Of a DNA stretch of 64,000 bases, positions 60,074 to 64,000 are shown piece after piece. Origin of the DNA: Malacoraja senta. Taxonomy: Eukaryota. Made by a program: the position numbers and the translations under genes. Every line of letters starts with the position of its first letter. The stretch's first letter is position 1. The notes below the pieces were generated by a model. The model searched no databases. It saw nothing but the letters and a program-made list of their open reading frames with translations, and was not told where the DNA came from. The DNA is taken from NCBI GenBank assembly GCA_038087875.1, contig CM075987.1, forward strand, positions 26,972,001 through 27,036,000. Direction: 5' to 3'.

Positions 60074-61740
60074 TCTATATTACTAAAGGTCTGATCTTGA
60101 TCACTTCCTGTTGTTCAGTATATTGATTTTAGAAAAAAAACGCTGCCACTTACTGCTGTGATTTTTGGCCATCTTACTCAGAGTCCTCCTCCTCTGCGCA
60201 GGTCAAGAGGATTTTTCTCATCGATGAAAAATAAAAGAGTTATTAGTGTTTAAAAAATGTTGAGATTCTCTCTCCTGAAGGCCACGCCCTTTCCGGAGGG
60301 ACTATAAAACCTGGAATTGTTGAGTGCTTCAGCAAGTCTCTGCAAGATGGGGAAGCGAGAGGGTCACGTCTCAGTCTGAGCTGTGAATAACACTGAACAC
60401 ATGTCTACTAAACTGTTAGTGTGGTTTGAAAATGAAAATGGTTGGTGATGGTTGCTTTGAAATGAAGCACAGCAAATGGTTGGTGGTAGTCCCCGGTAGC
60501 TCAGCACTTCAGCTCCCCCTCCCATTCCAAGTACGACCTCTCTGTCCTGAGCCTCCTCCATGGCCAGAGTGAGCACCACTGGAAATTGGAGGAGCAGAAC
60601 CTCATATTCCGCTTGGGCAGTTTACACCCCAACGGCATGAACATTGACTTCTCCAATTTCCGGTAGCCCTTACTGTCTCCTCCCCTTCTCAGCTCTCCCT
60701 CAACCCACTGGCTCATCCTCTTCCTTTCTTCTTCCTGCCACCCCCCCCCCACACCCCCGCCCCACACACCCCCCCCCCCACATCCCCCCCCCTGGCAAAT
60801 CAACTGGCAAATGATTAAAAGTCTAAACTTAACAACTTCCTGTTTGTCCCCCTCCACTCATCAGGTGCAGAGAATTCTTCCCTTCAATGAAAAATAAAAG
60901 TGTTATTAGTGTTTAAAAAATGTTGAGAATCTCTCTCCTGTCAATCACGCCATGAAGGCTATGCCCCTTCCGGTGGGAGGGGGAGGGATTATAAATCCTG
61001 GAAGTGTGGGTGTGGCTCAGTTTCTGCAAGATGGGGGAGGGAGAGATCACGACTGTCTGAGCTGTGAATCAACTGAACACACTAAATGTCTACTGAACTG
61101 TGAGTGTGGTGTTTTGTGTGGTTTTATGGTGGTTTTATGGTGGTTTTATGGTGGTTTCACCCTGCTTGAAATGGTATGAAACTGCACTTGAATTTGGTGG
61201 CCTCGCATCATGCTTGAAGTGGCATGAAACTGCACTTGAATTTGGTGGCCTTGCACCCTGCTTGAAGTGGTATGAAACTGAACTTGAATTTTGTGGCCTT
61301 GCACCCTGCTTGAAGTGGTATGAAATTGCACTTGAATATTGTGGCCTTGCACCCTGCTTAAAGTGGTAGGAAACTGCACTTGAATTTGGTGGCTTTGCAC
61401 CCTGCTTGAAGTGGTAGGAAACTGCATTTGAATTTGGTGGCCTTGCACCCTGCTTGAAGTGGTAGGAAACTGCATTTGAATTTCAAGGAATAGCCGTGAG
61501 TGAGCTGCCAGCTCATCAGGCTTGAGGACTGAGCTGCCACCTCAAGAATCCATTTGGCCCACAATGTCCATACTAGCCCTCTGGAAATCAGTCCCTTCAG
61601 CCCACACCCATACTAGCGCTCCAGAAAGCCCCACCCCCACCACTGGCCACCAATATTGGAATTGGTGGAGGTGGAATATTGCATTGGGAGATCAGCCCTC
61701 CCGTGTGAACATGGGACCTAACGGGTCCCACTTAGTCTAG
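60074..61740 (+). mobile_element. Non-autonomous Helitron (1667 bp)
   Basis: A|TCTATATTACTAAA start; hairpin GGGACC-TAACG-GGTCCC at 61713-61729, then CTAG|T at 61737-61741; no TSD. Confidence 0.8.
61149..61483. repeat. 48-bp minisatellite, ~7 copies
   Basis: Unit GGTGGCCTTGCACCCTGCTTGAAGTGGTATGAAACTGCACTTGAATTT. Confidence 0.92.
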
Positions 61741-62032
61741 TTTTTATATCTATCCTTATGACATAGAGGAGGCCCTTCAGCCCATCGAGTCTCTACCATC
61801 TTTCTGAGAAATCCAATCAATCCTATTTCCTTGGTGGACAAAAAAGCTGGAGAAAATCAGCGGAAACTCAGCTCCAGCTTTTTTGTCTCCCTTTGATTTT
61901 TCCAGCATCTGCAGTTCTTTCTTAAACAATCCTATTTCCTTGTGACTTACTCTTTCACACGTGCCCATTAACACCCACAATTCTCCGTTTGTCCACCCAT
62001 TCTAGGGTTAAATTACAGTAATCAGTTAATTT

Positions 62033-62397
62033 GTAAATTGGAGGAACAGCATCTCATATTTGTCTTGGGAAGCTTACAGCCCAGTGGTATAAATATTGAA
62101 TTTCTCTCGCTACAGGTAGCCCCGGCATTCCCTCTCTCTCTATCTCTCCCCCACCCAAGGCACACCAGCTTCTCGTTTTCACCCATCAAACAGCTAACAG
62201 CGGCCTGTTTCCTTTATCATCGTTACTTTTTTGCATATCTTTCATTCATTGTTCTTTATCTCTCTCTACATCATCGCCTATATCTCTTGTTTCCCTTATC
62301 CATAACCAGTCCGAAGAAGGGTCTCGACCCGAAACGTCACCCATTCCTTCTCTCCAGAGATGCTGCCTGTCCTGCTGAGTTACTCCAGCTTTTTGTG
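62033..62397 (+). mobile_element. Penelope-like element 3' fragment
   Basis: KLEEQHLIFVLGSLQPSGINIEF (GIY-YIG C-terminus) + UTR + mutated hammerhead core CCGAAGA..GAAACGTC. Confidence 0.8.
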
Positions 62398-62645
62398 CAT
62401 GTAATCAGTTAGTTTAGTTCAGTTGAGTTCGTGCTGCAACAGGAATACATAAGAACTGGAGGTGCTCAGTGATTCCACGCACTTGTAGAGTTGGAGGAGG
62501 TTCTGGTGATAGGGAGAATCAGAACCATTAAAGTATCTGAAAGCAAGTGTCACATTGGTAGTTTTATTCAGACTCATTGCCAGGAATGAAGTCATTAGCG
62601 GTCAACAAGCTTCGCAGTAATGGCCAAATGTATTTCACGAAGGGT

Positions 62646-62821
62646 CAAAGTATGGACACTGGAGGTTTGGAGAATCTTACATCTGAGGGGCCATCGAGAT
62701 GGGAAGCCAGCTAAAAGGATGCAGAATATTGCTCAAGGTATTGACACTGGAGGTTTGGAGAATCTTACATCTGAGGGGCCATCGAGATGGGAAGCCAGCT
62801 AAAAGGATGCAGAATATTGCT
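62646..62821. repeat. 88-bp tandem duplication x2
   Basis: GACACTGGAGGTTTGGAGAATC..GCAGAATATTGCT at 62655 and 62743. Confidence 0.9.
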
Positions 62822-64000
62822 GGGGATTCGTTTGAAATCTGGCTGAGTTTAGTTTAAATTAGTTTCGAGATACAGCGCGGAAACAGGCCCTTCGGCCCAC
62901 CGGGTCCGTGCTGACCAGCGATCCCCACATATTAACACTATCCTACACACACTAGGGACAAATTTTACATTTACCAAACCAATTAACCTACAAACCTGTT
63001 CGTCTTTGGAGTTGATATCCAATTATCCCCTTATCCTCTTGTCATGTTTCGGTACACTGTGAATAGGATATGGGGAAAAAGTCGGAACGGGCTACTGATT
63101 CTGGATGATCAGCCATGATTATATTGAATGGCAGTGCTGGCTTGAAGGGCCGAATGGCCTATTCCTATTTTCTATGTTTCTATGTTTCTATACTCGACTC
63201 TAATCATGTATTGTCTTTCCGCTGACTGGATAGCATGCAACAAAAAGTTTTTCACTGTACCTCGGTACAGGTGACAATAAACTAAACTGAACCGAACTAA
63301 ACAGTGGTACTAACTTTTTTTAGACTTTGGAGATACAGCGTGGAATCAGCCCTTCGGCCTACCGAGTCCGCGCAGACCAGCGATCCCCAATATAGAAACA
63401 TAGAAAATAGGTGCAGGAGTAGGCCATTCGGCCCTTCGAGCCTGCACCGCCATTCAATATGATCATGGCTGATCAACTCGGGACAATTTACAATTTACAA
63501 TATCCTTCACACTCGGGACAATTTACAATTTTATCAAAGCCAATTAACCTACAAACCCACACATCTTTGGAGGAAACCGGAGCACCAGGAGAAAACCCTC
63601 GCGGTCACGGGGAGACGGTACAAACTCCGTACAGGCAAGCACCCATGGTTAGGATTGAACCCAGGACTCTGGCACTGTGAGTCAACAACTCTACCGCTGC
63701 GCCACCATGCTGCCACACACAATGGATAGCTCGGACTACGCCAAGCGAAAGCGGTCACTTCTATGCTGTCGATCACAAATCAATATGACTGTCCTTGAAG
63801 TGAGATTTTGGATTTTGTTTGCTCAATGAAACAAACTTTCAGATTTAGCGTCATCTGAAGCAGCTGCTGAAGTGAAACTGGAAGCAAACGTACAGCTGAC
63901 ATGGGCTTGTGTCAGCGCCATGCCAAGCACAGCATTGAGGGGCTGGCAAACACCAAACTACACATGCATTGGCTGCTCGATACAGGAAGCTACACTCATA

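Noticed and set aside
61149..61483. CRISPR-like appearance of the 48-bp array (also the 66-bp and 34-bp arrays)
   Set aside because: Head-to-tail units without unique spacers, no cas genes, eukaryotic context.

Overview
Repeat-dense eukaryotic non-coding DNA, almost certainly from a cartilaginous fish (skate/ray-like, inferred from the HE1-type V-SINE / HER1-type CR1 pairing). I found no host protein-coding exon, tRNA or rRNA gene, so the window is intronic or intergenic. It is a nested mosaic of CR1, Rex1/Babar, L2, L1/Tx1 and Penelope retroelement fragments, about 30 tRNA-derived V-SINEs, Harbinger-, Tc1/pogo-, 8-bp-TSD- and Helitron-type non-autonomous DNA elements, and microsatellites. 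Highlights: (1) a 196-bp retroposon (1225-1420, minus) that starts exactly at G1 of an HDV-like ribozyme whose core closely resembles the mammalian CPEB3 ribozyme; (2) a full-length CR1 LINE with both ORFs intact (15155-19615, minus), whose ORF1/ORF2 junction has an in-frame U_UUA_AAC -1 frameshift heptamer followed by G-tracts and whose 3' UTR has a structured insert; (3) minimal hammerhead motifs in Penelope terminal repeats, often in fold-back hairpins; (4) an invertebrate-like LINE nested in a Tc1/pogo-type MITE; (5) a Helitron carrying a Penelope fragment, duplicated promoter-like modules and a 48-bp minisatellite. Family names come from motif recognition and memory, not database searches. 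Fragment boundaries are approximate unless TSDs or termini are quoted, and only representative repeat copies are listed.
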